Positions 41,188-49,924 of a DNA stretch of 64,000 bases are shown one piece after another. Position 1 is the stretch's first letter; every line of letters begins with the position of its first letter. Source of the DNA: a virus (Duplodnaviria; Caudoviricetes); IMG/VR virus record IMGVR_UViG_3300028591_000082, one strand, 5' to 3'. Below the pieces are notes generated by a model. The model had not been told where the DNA came from. It made no database searches and worked only from the letters and a program-made list of their open reading frames with translations. The position numbers and the translations under genes were made by a program.

Positions 41188-41915
41188 TGATTCTTAGTGT
41201 CGTAATACCTTTTTGCGATAATGATTATCAATTCCTTAATGGAGCAGTTAGCTCCATTAAGGAACATATTAAATTTGATGATTATGAAATTATCGCAGTA
41301 GATAACAGAGAAAAAAATAAGTCTCAAATAGATATTAACAATGTTAAAATTGTTTCAAGCGGGCACAACCTTGGCTGCTTTGATGGACGTCGCTTTGGCG
41401 TTTCACATAGCCAAGGCGTTTTTATCTGGAACTTTGATGTAGATGATTTAATGGTCGGAGACCTTTATAGAGAAGATATTAAAGAAGATGCTGATGTTAT
41501 GCAAATGTATTATATTTATAACACAGGCCCAAGATATGATCAAAAAATGTTCCCTGTAGCATATGGTGTTAACGTTTGGTCTCGTTTGTATAAAGCAGAG
41601 ATTGTTAAAAATTTTTATGCCAAATTAGAAAAACCTATAAAAATTTTTATGAGAGAAGATTCTTTATTATTTGATGCTGTGTGCGGAACAGCTAAAGTCT
41701 GGAAATATATACCAAAAGTTATATATGAGTACAACTTTAAGAATGCTAGGTTTAATAAATATAACAAAGGTAACAACAAAAAATCTAAAATGTCCGAGCA
41801 GGAAGCAAAAGAAACCTATGAGGGTTATAAATATATTTATAATATCTTAGGGACACCAGAAAAAGCAGATGTTTTATTCAAAAGAGTAAAAGAAATAACT
41901 GAACGAGGATACTAG
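41187..41915 (+). CDS. Glycosyltransferase family 2, paralog of 36503
   Basis: MILSVVIPFCDNDY, FIWNFDVDD and VWSRLY motifs; TAATG coupling. Confidence 0.9.
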   Translation: MILSVVIPFCDNDYQFLNGAVSSIKEHIKFDDYEIIAVDNREKNKSQIDINNVKIVSSGHNLGCFDGRRFGVSHSQGVFIWNFDVDDLMVGDLYREDIKEDADVMQMYYIYNTGPRYDQKMFPVAYGVNVWSRLYKAEIVKNFYAKLEKPIKIFMREDSLLFDAVCGTAKVWKYIPKVIYEYNFKNARFNKYNKGNNKKSKMSEQEAKETYEGYKYIYNILGTPEKADVLFKRVKEITERGY

Positions 41916-41972
41916 ACATAAGAGTATAAACCATCGATATGTAAAAATTAAGTTAATCATAGGAGAAAAACG

Positions 41973-42326
41973 GTGAGAACAATTACAGTCGAAAAAATAG
42001 ATGGTGAATATAAAGTAAATACAAAAGCAAAAGCAAGCGCTGGTTCAAATATAGCTTATGCTTGGGTAGAAGAATACGGAAGAGTGTATTACACTAGCTT
42101 TGATATAGCACCTGAACAGGATGCAGCTGAAAATGAGTTTATGCTAGATAGTGATGATTCTGAAACAGGCATACTTGTAAGGGGATTACTGTATGATGCT
42201 CCTGGTTATGGTATTGAGTATACCAAAATAAGTGATACAGAGTTTTCTCTGGTTAATGAAGCAGAAGGTCGTACATTTACAAGAGACAGTACCAAAGATT
42301 TCACATTATGGGAATTGTCTAATTAA
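41973..42326 (+). CDS. Appendage protein (module D)
   Basis: MRTITVEKIDGEYKVNTKA identical to 42696; AAGTTAA at 41950 plus AGGAG. Confidence 0.6.
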   Translation: MRTITVEKIDGEYKVNTKAKASAGSNIAYAWVEEYGRVYYTSFDIAPEQDAAENEFMLDSDDSETGILVRGLLYDAPGYGIEYTKISDTEFSLVNEAEGRTFTRDSTKDFTLWELSN

Positions 42327-42341
42327 TTTTGGTGGTTAGCG

Positions 42342-42668
42342 ATGCAAGGAAAAACAAATAGTGTAGTGAATTTAACTGGCTTATATTGTTGGGTAAACAG
42401 AAAAACTGGTAGTAATATAGCCTACTTTTATACTCTTTTTGAAAAACCAGAAATAAATGATATAATTTTTCAACAAAGTAATCTTAGCTCATCCACTAAC
42501 AATAAAAAGCCATATGCAACAACTATTGATAGATGGGTTGGGAAAATAAATAGTGACGGATCTATAGAAAGCTGGTATAATGGCGCCCCTTCTGGAGATC
42601 CATATGATAGATGCCCAGAATATGATATTGGAAAAACCTGGGGAGTTTTTAGACCAAAGCATGTTTAA
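42342..42668 (+). CDS. Small appendage-array protein
   Basis: LYCW echoes the AYAW/FYAW motif of the module D neighbours. Confidence 0.5.
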   Translation: MQGKTNSVVNLTGLYCWVNRKTGSNIAYFYTLFEKPEINDIIFQQSNLSSSTNNKKPYATTIDRWVGKINSDGSIESWYNGAPSGDPYDRCPEYDIGKTWGVFRPKHV

Positions 42669-42695
42669 TTTTTAAGATAGTTGCAGGAAAAAACA

Positions 42696-43535
42696 ATGAG
42701 AACAATTACAGTTGAAAAAATAGATGGTGAATATAAAGTAAACACAAAAGCAAGTTCTGGAGCTAAAGAGAATACTATAACTTTTTACGCTTGGCAAGAG
42801 CAAAATAAAAATAGCGAAGGTGGACCTGATAGTATAAGCAACAACCTTTCTAGAGGATATGGAAGTGAAAATGTTCATGGGCAAGGAATTATATTCTTTG
42901 ATTTTGATGTTAGTCCACAAACAAGAGAAGATTTAATACAATCACATATTCTTTATCAAGGAGTTGTTTATGATTTTTCAGATTATTTTGAAAGAACAGC
43001 TCATAATCCGACAACAAATATTTTTAATTATGAAGTTGCTAATGATGGTTTAATTAAATTTGATTACTACTGGAGTAAATACAACACACCTGTACAATTT
43101 GCTAGATATGCTTTAGTTGATAATATTGAATATAAGATTTCTGATTTTAAAGCAAGCAATACTGCAACTGTTTATGGATATGATCCGTCAACTGGATATG
43201 TTGGGCAAAGTAGCCAAAGAGATCATTCTGAATATTATATGTTTATAAATGCCGATGGTTCTATTGCAACTAAAGATGATTTTTCAAATGTAAATCTTAT
43301 AATTCGCGGCGGTGCTATTGGTGGTTCACAAGATATATATTATAAAGGATTAAAACCAGAATTATATGCATCCGAAATGTATGAATTCATAAACATAAAT
43401 GTTGAAGATACAAATGATAACGGAGAGGAAGAAATTATAATATCTGTTAAAGACTCTTCAGATATTGAAATTAGTAGCAGGGCTACAAATGTTTCTGCTA
43501 TTCAGCTTATGCTTCAAGGATATTATGGAGGTTAA
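42696..43535 (+). CDS. Appendage protein (module D)
   Basis: Same 19-aa N-terminus as 41973 with an unrelated C-terminus; ends in YGG like 34952. Confidence 0.6.
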   Translation: MRTITVEKIDGEYKVNTKASSGAKENTITFYAWQEQNKNSEGGPDSISNNLSRGYGSENVHGQGIIFFDFDVSPQTREDLIQSHILYQGVVYDFSDYFERTAHNPTTNIFNYEVANDGLIKFDYYWSKYNTPVQFARYALVDNIEYKISDFKASNTATVYGYDPSTGYVGQSSQRDHSEYYMFINADGSIATKDDFSNVNLIIRGGAIGGSQDIYYKGLKPELYASEMYEFININVEDTNDNGEEEIIISVKDSSDIEISSRATNVSAIQLMLQGYYGG

Positions 43536-43538
43536 TAA

Positions 43539-43958
43539 ATGAAGTTTATAACTTTAAATAGTTTAAATAAAAACTTAAAGATTTTTTTTAGAAATATAAT
43601 TAGTCCAAAAATAGAAGAAGCTAAAGAAACAGCAGTAGGTGCTTTAGCATTAGCAGAACAAGCAAATGAACTAGCATCTGAAGAAAAATTAATAGTTGTT
43701 AAAGGAACAGATATTGACGAAGTTGAGTTTGTGCAAGATGAAACTTATGATGATTATCCATATAAAGCTTCTATTAGAGTTAGCAAAGTTACAGAAAATT
43801 TTTCACCAGATGTAAGATTTGGTCCACAAGATGCTATGAGCGGCAATCTTGCTCCCTTCGCTGATACTGTTGATGGTTATGTAAACATTTATTCAAAAAC
43901 AGATGATGGTCTCATAGAACAGAATTTATTGGCAATTATATTAACAAAAAGTATTTAA
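43539..43958 (+). CDS. Appendage adaptor (module B)
   Basis: MKFITLNSLNKNLKIFF; DYPYKASI...PDVRF...SGNLAP is a tail-associated domain pattern. Confidence 0.6.
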   Translation: MKFITLNSLNKNLKIFFRNIISPKIEEAKETAVGALALAEQANELASEEKLIVVKGTDIDEVEFVQDETYDDYPYKASIRVSKVTENFSPDVRFGPQDAMSGNLAPFADTVDGYVNIYSKTDDGLIEQNLLAIILTKSI

Positions 43959-44023
43959 GTTAATATACTTGAAAAAAATGAGATATGAAGGTGTTTAAAT
44001 TATTTTTTAAATAGGAGATATAA

Positions 44024-44797
44024 ATGACAGAAATTAGTTATATTACACAAAATGGTGAGCAGATAAATCTTAAAGATGCTGCTGGTAGAGAAATGTTAGC
44101 ACAAAAACAGCCTAAGCTTAAAGCTGGTAAAGGAATTACAATTTCACCCGCTGGAGTAATTAGCGCTGTTGCTGGTAGCGATAGGGTTAAAACAATCGTA
44201 GCAGAAGATGTAGAAGTTAACGAGTATTCTTCTTGGACAGATTTTACATTTGATGTTGTGGTTGATTATATTGGTAATCCAGCATTAATATCAAAACCTC
44301 ATGCTATGTTAAGCGAAAGCGCATCAGCCACTTATAACTTTGAAGATGGATATATGATGGAAATAGGAATAAAAAATGCGCCTGATTTTAATAGTTGGCT
44401 TGGACATACTTTTAATGCAGCTATTAAAGAAGAGATGCTTAAAGAACCAGCCACAGATGACGACTTTTTGATTATTTTCCCAAGAAAAGCTATTACTAAA
44501 TCTATTGTTTCAAACACTGAAGGACATGATGTATATGTTCCAGCAGGAGTTCCTGAAGAAAACAATGAATCAGATCTTAGCGTAGTTTATATTTACTTTA
44601 AAGATATTGGTAAAGAAGACTATCCTATGAATGCTTATACATTTTTTGAGTATGCTGATGATAGCGAACATGATATTTACAGTATGGAATCATCTTACAG
44701 TTGGTCTTATATAAATAGTGATGGTGAAGTTGATTATATTACAAGTCCTTCTGAATATTCAATTTTAGCCATGATGATTAAAGATCTTTTGAAGTAG
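44024..44797 (+). CDS. Appendage protein (module C)
   Basis: MTEISYITQNGEQINLKDAAGREMLAQKQPKLKAGKGITIS. Confidence 0.65.
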   Translation: MTEISYITQNGEQINLKDAAGREMLAQKQPKLKAGKGITISPAGVISAVAGSDRVKTIVAEDVEVNEYSSWTDFTFDVVVDYIGNPALISKPHAMLSESASATYNFEDGYMMEIGIKNAPDFNSWLGHTFNAAIKEEMLKEPATDDDFLIIFPRKAITKSIVSNTEGHDVYVPAGVPEENNESDLSVVYIYFKDIGKEDYPMNAYTFFEYADDSEHDIYSMESSYSWSYINSDGEVDYITSPSEYSILAMMIKDLLK

Positions 44798-44807
44798 GAG
44801 GTATAAT

Positions 44808-45590
44808 ATGACAGAAATTAGCTATATAACACAAAACGGACAGCAGATAAATTTAAAAGACGCTGCAGGTAGAGAAATGCTTGCAACTAAACAATCAAAG
44901 CTTAAAGCAGGTAAAGGAATTAATATTTCTGATAATGGAGTTATTTCAGTAAAAGATGCTAAAGGTAGTGATTTTAGTGATCTTGTTATTGAAAATATTC
45001 AAGTAACAACAAGTGATGAAGAATATACATATACAATAGGCAGTATGAATGTTAAGTATAAAGGTAATCTTTCATTGCTTAAGGATGTAATAGACTCTTC
45101 TGAATCTTCAGGAAATTTTTATTTATTGACTTCTATCCTTGACGATAGTTATATAAGAGAACCACTAAACAAGTATGCAAGTTTTTATGATGGTGAAAAT
45201 TCTTTAGGAAAAGTTGTAAGCGTTGCTATTAATAAACTTATTGCAAATGGAGATTGTGAAGATACAGGTGAAGATTATCTTTATTTTGTACCAATGACTA
45301 TTAACAACGTAAATCCTGTTGGTGGTGAAAGACTTCCAAACAGTCAATTCCATATTGATGAAGAAAGTTGTAATATGATCATTGCCCTTAAAGATGCAGA
45401 TTATAGTATAAATATTGCTGAAGAAGAAGAACACAGAGGCGATATTCCTGCTGACTATGACAGTAATCGTTTGGTAGGTGCTTATATTGCTTCAAAAAGC
45501 GAGTATGTAGATTTGTATGAATTCTATTCTAACAGTTACGGTACTGATGGAAGAGAAGGAATATTTACAGAACTAATGGCACTTCTTTAA
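44808..45590 (+). CDS. Appendage protein (module C)
   Basis: First ~48 aa nearly identical to 44024; the remainder diverges. Confidence 0.65.
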   Translation: MTEISYITQNGQQINLKDAAGREMLATKQSKLKAGKGINISDNGVISVKDAKGSDFSDLVIENIQVTTSDEEYTYTIGSMNVKYKGNLSLLKDVIDSSESSGNFYLLTSILDDSYIREPLNKYASFYDGENSLGKVVSVAINKLIANGDCEDTGEDYLYFVPMTINNVNPVGGERLPNSQFHIDEESCNMIIALKDADYSINIAEEEEHRGDIPADYDSNRLVGAYIASKSEYVDLYEFYSNSYGTDGREGIFTELMALL

Positions 45591-45609
45591 ATAAAAAAGA
45601 ATTATTAAT

Positions 45610-45638
45610 AAAAGCCAATTCTTAAGAATTGGCTTTTT
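45610..45638. terminator. Bidirectional terminator between convergent genes
   Basis: AAAAGCCAATTCTTAAGAATTGGCTTTTT palindrome. Confidence 0.85.
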
Positions 45639-45641
45639 AAA

Positions 45642-46184
45642 TTATTTTACCGAACAACTAATAGTTGGACTTCTACAGTTATGACAATCAACACAAGTAT
45701 TGCACCCAGTGCAATTATTACAAGAATCACATTTACTATCGCAGGTTTTGCAGCCATGTTTTCCAGTACAGCTATCGCATGAATTGCATCCAGAACAATT
45801 AGTTGAGTTTTGACAATTAGCATTGCAATCAATGCATAATCTACAATCTGTGCAAGTAGTTGAGTTTTGACAATTAGCATTGCAATCAATACAGCTAACA
45901 CACTCATCAACACATCTAAAACATAAATAAGTTTGAGCATTTACATTACAGGTATAAAATTCTATATTATCTATAAAGGATCCTGTTTTTTTTACATTTG
46001 AATTTTCTATACCACTTGGAGTAAAGTCTGTTAAATTACTTGTATCAAAAAATATATGTTTTGGGTTTTTATTTTCAGATATTAAAGTTCCACTATCTTT
46101 AAGATTATTAGAATTCATATATAAGAGATATTTATTATTTTCTTCAAGGCTTATTCTATCTGATATTTTTCCTATTGTAATCAT
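45642..46184 (-). CDS. Cys-rich repeat protein 1 (CxxC repeats)
   Basis: C-terminal ~100 aa has Cys every 3-4 residues; paralog of 46823; contains an internal exact duplication (45801-45833 and 45858-45890). Confidence 0.75.
   Translation of the reverse strand: MITIGKISDRISLEENNKYLLYMNSNNLKDSGTLISENKNPKHIFFDTSNLTDFTPSGIENSNVKKTGSFIDNIEFYTCNVNAQTYLCFRCVDECVSCIDCNANCQNSTTCTDCRLCIDCNANCQNSTNCSGCNSCDSCTGKHGCKTCDSKCDSCNNCTGCNTCVDCHNCRSPTISCSVK
45913..45959 (-). repeat. 47-bp inverted repeat, left copy
   Basis: Reverse complement of 47036-47082 with 2 mismatches and a 30-bp perfect core. Confidence 0.9.
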
Positions 46185-46199
46185 ATTTATATTCCTGTA

Positions 46200-46787
46200 T
46201 TAGCTATTGCCGCCCATACATACACCACCTTGACATCCAGTAGTACATGCTCCTTGACAATCTGCTGCACAAGCACTGTTACATCCATTGCAAGGTGAGC
46301 AAGAAGGTCCTGGTGTTGGTGTATTGCTACATTGGGCAGCAAAATGACAGCCATTATTACATCCACTATTGCAGTTATTACAACTTACACAAGATTTTTG
46401 ACATCCATTGCAGGTTACACATTTTCCTGTACAATTTGTGCAGGTATCACAATCAGTAGTACATGTTTGACAGCTATCACAACTTTGGCAACTATTACAT
46501 CCAGTGCAATTATCACATGCTGTACATCCACTATCACAATTTGCGCAATTATTACAAGAAGTACAATTATTACAAGAAGTGCAATTATCACAAGTAGTAC
46601 AATCTACACAGTTATTACAGTTATAAAATATTCTGTTGCCATTAAAATATACATAATCATCTTTAAAAATTAAGTTTTTAACATTATTATTTTTTATAAA
46701 ATTTATTCTATCCTGCTTTATTTCTATTTTATCAAATAATGAAGAATAATAAGAATTAAATTGCATTCTTTTTGCCAATGTAATCAT
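46200..46787 (-). CDS. Cys-rich repeat protein 2
   Basis: Long CxxCxxC run ending CAADCQGACTTGCQGGVCMGGNS; leaderless start at the palindrome. Confidence 0.75.
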   Translation of the reverse strand: MITLAKRMQFNSYYSSLFDKIEIKQDRINFIKNNNVKNLIFKDDYVYFNGNRIFYNCNNCVDCTTCDNCTSCNNCTSCNNCANCDSGCTACDNCTGCNSCQSCDSCQTCTTDCDTCTNCTGKCVTCNGCQKSCVSCNNCNSGCNNGCHFAAQCSNTPTPGPSCSPCNGCNSACAADCQGACTTGCQGGVCMGGNS

Positions 46788-46825
46788 AAAATTAACTTAA
46801 AGTTTAACTTTAAGTTAATTTTATG
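46785..46825. promoter_or_regulatory. Perfect 41-bp palindrome: back-to-back AAGTTAA promoters from start codon to start codon
   Basis: CATAAAATTAACTTAAAGTT-T-AACTTTAAGTTAATTTTATG. Confidence 0.85.
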
Positions 46826-47275
46826 GTACTAATTGGTGGAACAAATATTGGTTTTGATGACGAAAACAATTTAGTATATTTAGGAAACAAAAGAAACTCA
46901 GGAACTGAATTAATACACGAAAACGCAAATGAAGTTTTCTTCGACAATAAAAATGTTCCAAATATTACAGATATTACACAAAATAACAATAATATAGAAT
47001 TAATAAATACAGCAAGTTTTATAAATGATGCTAATTTTTATACATGTAATGCAAATGCTCAAACTTATTTATGTTTTAGATGCTTTAATAGTTGTGTATT
47101 ATGTGTTAGTTGCAACACTTGTGATGCTTGTAATGACTGTACTAACTGCACCAGTAATTGCAATACTGGATGTGACTCTATATGTTTTGATAGATGCCAA
47201 ACCTGTGTTAATTGTACTACTTGCAATAACTGCCAAAGTTGTGATGGTTGTTATAAACATAGTAATATTAAATAA
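46823..47275 (+). CDS. Cys-rich repeat protein 3
   Basis: FYTCNANAQTYLCFRC followed by CxxC repeats. Confidence 0.75.
   Translation: MVLIGGTNIGFDDENNLVYLGNKRNSGTELIHENANEVFFDNKNVPNITDITQNNNNIELINTASFINDANFYTCNANAQTYLCFRCFNSCVLCVSCNTCDACNDCTNCTSNCNTGCDSICFDRCQTCVNCTTCNNCQSCDGCYKHSNIK
47036..47082 (+). repeat. 47-bp inverted repeat, right copy
   Basis: TTTTATACaTGTAATGcAAATGCTCAAACTTATTTATGTTTTAGATG. Confidence 0.9.
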
Positions 47276-47296
47276 AAGTTAATATAGGAGATAATT

Positions 47297-47965
47297 ATGA
47301 TTAAAGCGCAAATAATTATAGAAATGACAGATGGTCAGCTTTATACATATGTAAATAGCCATCTTGCAGATAAAGCAGAAACAGATAATAATGGAAATTA
47401 TATATTCAAAGGAGAGCCTGGAAAATACTATATGTATACAGGTGAAGATGGGGATGAATATGATGACCAAGATTCTGCTGGAATGGCAAAAGCAGATTAC
47501 GAAGCACTTTTAAGTGATGCTGCTGGAACATCTGGATACCTTCATTTTCCTGATGGATATGATGAACTTCTTATTCCAAGAGATAAAGAAATAAACAATG
47601 AAGATGCTTTTACAAGAGTAAAGCTCCCAAGAGAAAATGTAAAATCAATTAAACTTGTAGAAACACATGTTGTTTATCCTTTTGGTAGACCAAGTACAGA
47701 TTATGTTGCAAAACCTCCAAAAATGGGAGAACTTTATTCTATTCCAAAAGAAGTTAAAACAACTTATGACAGATATGTTTCAATGCCAGTTGTAAAAGAA
47801 AATAAGGTAAATAATTTTAATGATTTTGAATTTGTTTACTACAGAAAACCAAAAACAGAACAGTGGATTGAAATTGATAATGAAAACTTTACAGTTGATT
47901 TTGACTGCGAACTTGTTGGTGAAATAAACGGAATTAAAGGCGGGGTTTCATTTTATAAGGCTTAA
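47297..47965 (+). CDS. Hypothetical late protein
   Basis: AAGTTAA at 47276 plus AGGAG SD. Confidence 0.55.
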   Translation: MIKAQIIIEMTDGQLYTYVNSHLADKAETDNNGNYIFKGEPGKYYMYTGEDGDEYDDQDSAGMAKADYEALLSDAAGTSGYLHFPDGYDELLIPRDKEINNEDAFTRVKLPRENVKSIKLVETHVVYPFGRPSTDYVAKPPKMGELYSIPKEVKTTYDRYVSMPVVKENKVNNFNDFEFVYYRKPKTEQWIEIDNENFTVDFDCELVGEINGIKGGVSFYKA

Positions 47966-47968
47966 TAG

Positions 47969-48559
47969 ATGAGTTTTTATTCTTCTATAATAAATTGGAT
48001 GAGGGGGCTTAGAAAAAACAATGGCTCTCTTTATGTAGATGGAAACAAATATGTTTTCGGTGCTATCGTATCTGGTAGCTATCAAAATGCCAAGACAGAT
48101 AACAATCCAACATTACTCTGTCTTGGCAATTATTTTGACCAAAAAAATAATAATTGGAAAGTTCACGGAATTCAATTTCATCATTTAAATCCATACGATT
48201 TGCAATGGTTATTACAACAATTAATTATTTGGAAAAAGAATGGAGCAATTATAGACCCACGCTCTTTTTATAATTACTTGAAAAGTTCACATAAAGAAAT
48301 AATAGATGCTTACAGAACATACCATACAGAACTTACTTCTTTTAAAGTAATATCTCCAGGAATTTCAAATGTTTCTTTTGAAAATTGTTCTGCTCCGTTT
48401 GATTCTAGAGATGGTATTATAAATCAATTTAATCAATTTATAAGAAATCCATCTGAACTTTCTAACTATCATCAAGCTTCTGAAGTACAACAGCAATATG
48501 ATGTCCAAGAACTCAATATGCGTGTTGCAGAAACAATTAACCAAAGAAAACTATGGTAG
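47969..48559 (+). CDS. Possible DNA end-protector protein (T4 gp2-like)
   Basis: D.NPTLLCL...HGIQFHHL...AYRTY loosely resembles the gp2 D..PL...G.NLHYL...Y pattern. Confidence 0.4.
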   Translation: MSFYSSIINWMRGLRKNNGSLYVDGNKYVFGAIVSGSYQNAKTDNNPTLLCLGNYFDQKNNNWKVHGIQFHHLNPYDLQWLLQQLIIWKKNGAIIDPRSFYNYLKSSHKEIIDAYRTYHTELTSFKVISPGISNVSFENCSAPFDSRDGIINQFNQFIRNPSELSNYHQASEVQQQYDVQELNMRVAETINQRKLW

Positions 48560-48943
48560 CTCAGCTTCAACATCTTTAATCAAATTGGTGTGTTCTTTAA
48601 AGAACGGTTCTTTACTAAGAAGCTCTTCTTCGTCAGTTGTTCTTTTTATAAGACATTCAATAAGTCTAAAAATAAATAATCTTTTTACATACCTTTGTGA
48701 TTGCTTTAATGTTTTATTATAGCGATTATCAAAAGCTTCTTTCTTCTCAAGATAATCATCTTCTCCAACATGATCTCTTATCCAAGCACAAATACAGTCT
48801 TGATATTTTTTGATAAAAGATGTAGTGCCTTTTGTTATTACTAAATTGTATTTTAAGAATTTTAAATAATATTTTTTAAATAAATAAATAGATATTGCAA
48901 TAACCACAAACGCAATTATTGCAACTGCTATACTTTTTTCCAT
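48551..48943 (-). CDS. Membrane-anchored hypothetical protein
   Basis: N-terminal hydrophobic helix and its own sigma70 promoter. Confidence 0.6.
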   Translation of the reverse strand: MEKSIAVAIIAFVVIAISIYLFKKYYLKFLKYNLVITKGTTSFIKKYQDCICAWIRDHVGEDDYLEKKEAFDNRYNKTLKQSQRYVKRLFIFRLIECLIKRTTDEEELLSKEPFFKEHTNLIKDVEAELP

Positions 48944-48960
48944 ATTTTTTCCTTTTATTT

Positions 48961-48989
48961 ATTATACTATAAACTTTAGTATAAGTCAA
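48961..48989 (-). promoter_or_regulatory. sigma70-type promoter
   Basis: TTGACT-N17-TATAAT on the minus strand. Confidence 0.85.
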
Positions 48990-48990
48990 T

Positions 48991-49017
48991 AAAAAGGCTG
49001 GCGATAGTTTGCCAGCC
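48991..49017 (-). terminator. Terminator of the flagellin transcript
   Basis: Minus strand GGCTGGC-aaactatc-GCCAGCC-TTTTT. Confidence 0.8.
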
Positions 49018-49071
49018 ACAACTTTTTTATTTATGCCACAGGTGAGAAACCCACTCAAACCTCACCAGGCT

Positions 49072-49920
49072 CTACTGTAAGAGCGCTAATACACTTTGAG
49101 ATTGTGAGTTTGCTTGACTAAGCATTGCTACAGCAGACTGACTCAAAATCTGATTTTTTGTATATTCAACCATTTCCTGAGCAATATCTGCATCACGAAT
49201 TCTTGATTCAGCAGCTTGAGTATTCTCTGCGGCTACATTGATTCCTTTCTGTGCCATTTCCATTCTGTTCTGGTAAGCACCAAGATCAGCACGCTGTTTG
49301 TTAACATTTTTCAATGCTTCATCAAGAGTAGCAATTGTTAAATTTGCTTCATCTGGTGATGAAATAGAAATTGTGTTTTCATCACTCTGTAATCCTTTAA
49401 GCCCAAGTGCTGAAGCAGTCATTGTTCCAATATATGCTCTTATGTTTTGATCGCAGTTTGCACCTACTTGGAACTGCATTACAGTATCAGACTCTCTTGA
49501 GAATTTACCAGTAAGCAATGACATTCCATTAAACTGAGCAGAAGAAGCAATTCTGTCTACTTCAGCTACAAGCTGACTTACTTCTACCTGAATTTGCATT
49601 CTGTCTTCGTCTGAGTAAACACCATTTGAAGCCTGAACTGCAAGTTCACGAATTCTCTGAAGAACATCTGTTGTTTCTGAAAGATAACCTTCTGCTACCT
49701 GTACGAATGAAACAGCATCTCCAATATTTCTTGAAGCCTGATTAAGACCTCTAATCTGAGATCTCATTTTTTCAGAAACCGCAAGACCGCTGGCATCATC
49801 ACCAGCTTTGTTAATTCTTTCACCACTTGAAAGTTTTGACATTGAGTTCTGTAAATTTGCGGCATTAATGCCTTCTTGGCGTGCTGCAAACATACTAGAT
49901 AAATTGTGATTTATAATCAT
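49072..49920 (-). CDS. flaB: Flagellin, spirochete FlaB (periplasmic filament core) type
   Basis: [68 protein letters not shown] and [10 protein letters not shown] motifs; 282 aa with no D2/D3 domain. Confidence 0.97.
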   Translation of the reverse strand: MIINHNLSSMFAARQEGINAANLQNSMSKLSSGERINKAGDDASGLAVSEKMRSQIRGLNQASRNIGDAVSFVQVAEGYLSETTDVLQRIRELAVQASNGVYSDEDRMQIQVEVSQLVAEVDRIASSAQFNGMSLLTGKFSRESDTVMQFQVGANCDQNIRAYIGTMTASALGLKGLQSDENTISISSPDEANLTIATLDEALKNVNKQRADLGAYQNRMEMAQKGINVAAENTQAAESRIRDADIAQEMVEYTKNQILSQSAVAMLSQANSQSQSVLALLQ

Positions 49921-49924
49921 ATTA

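Noticed and set aside
30887-45590. Diversity-generating retroelement acting on the array
   Set aside because: No reverse transcriptase and no adenine-specific TR/VR pair seen; the shared sequence is at 5' ends.
49072-49920. Bacterial chromosome or prophage boundary at the flagellin
   Set aside because: Both flanks are phage-type genes, and there are no other host genes, integrase or att-like site.
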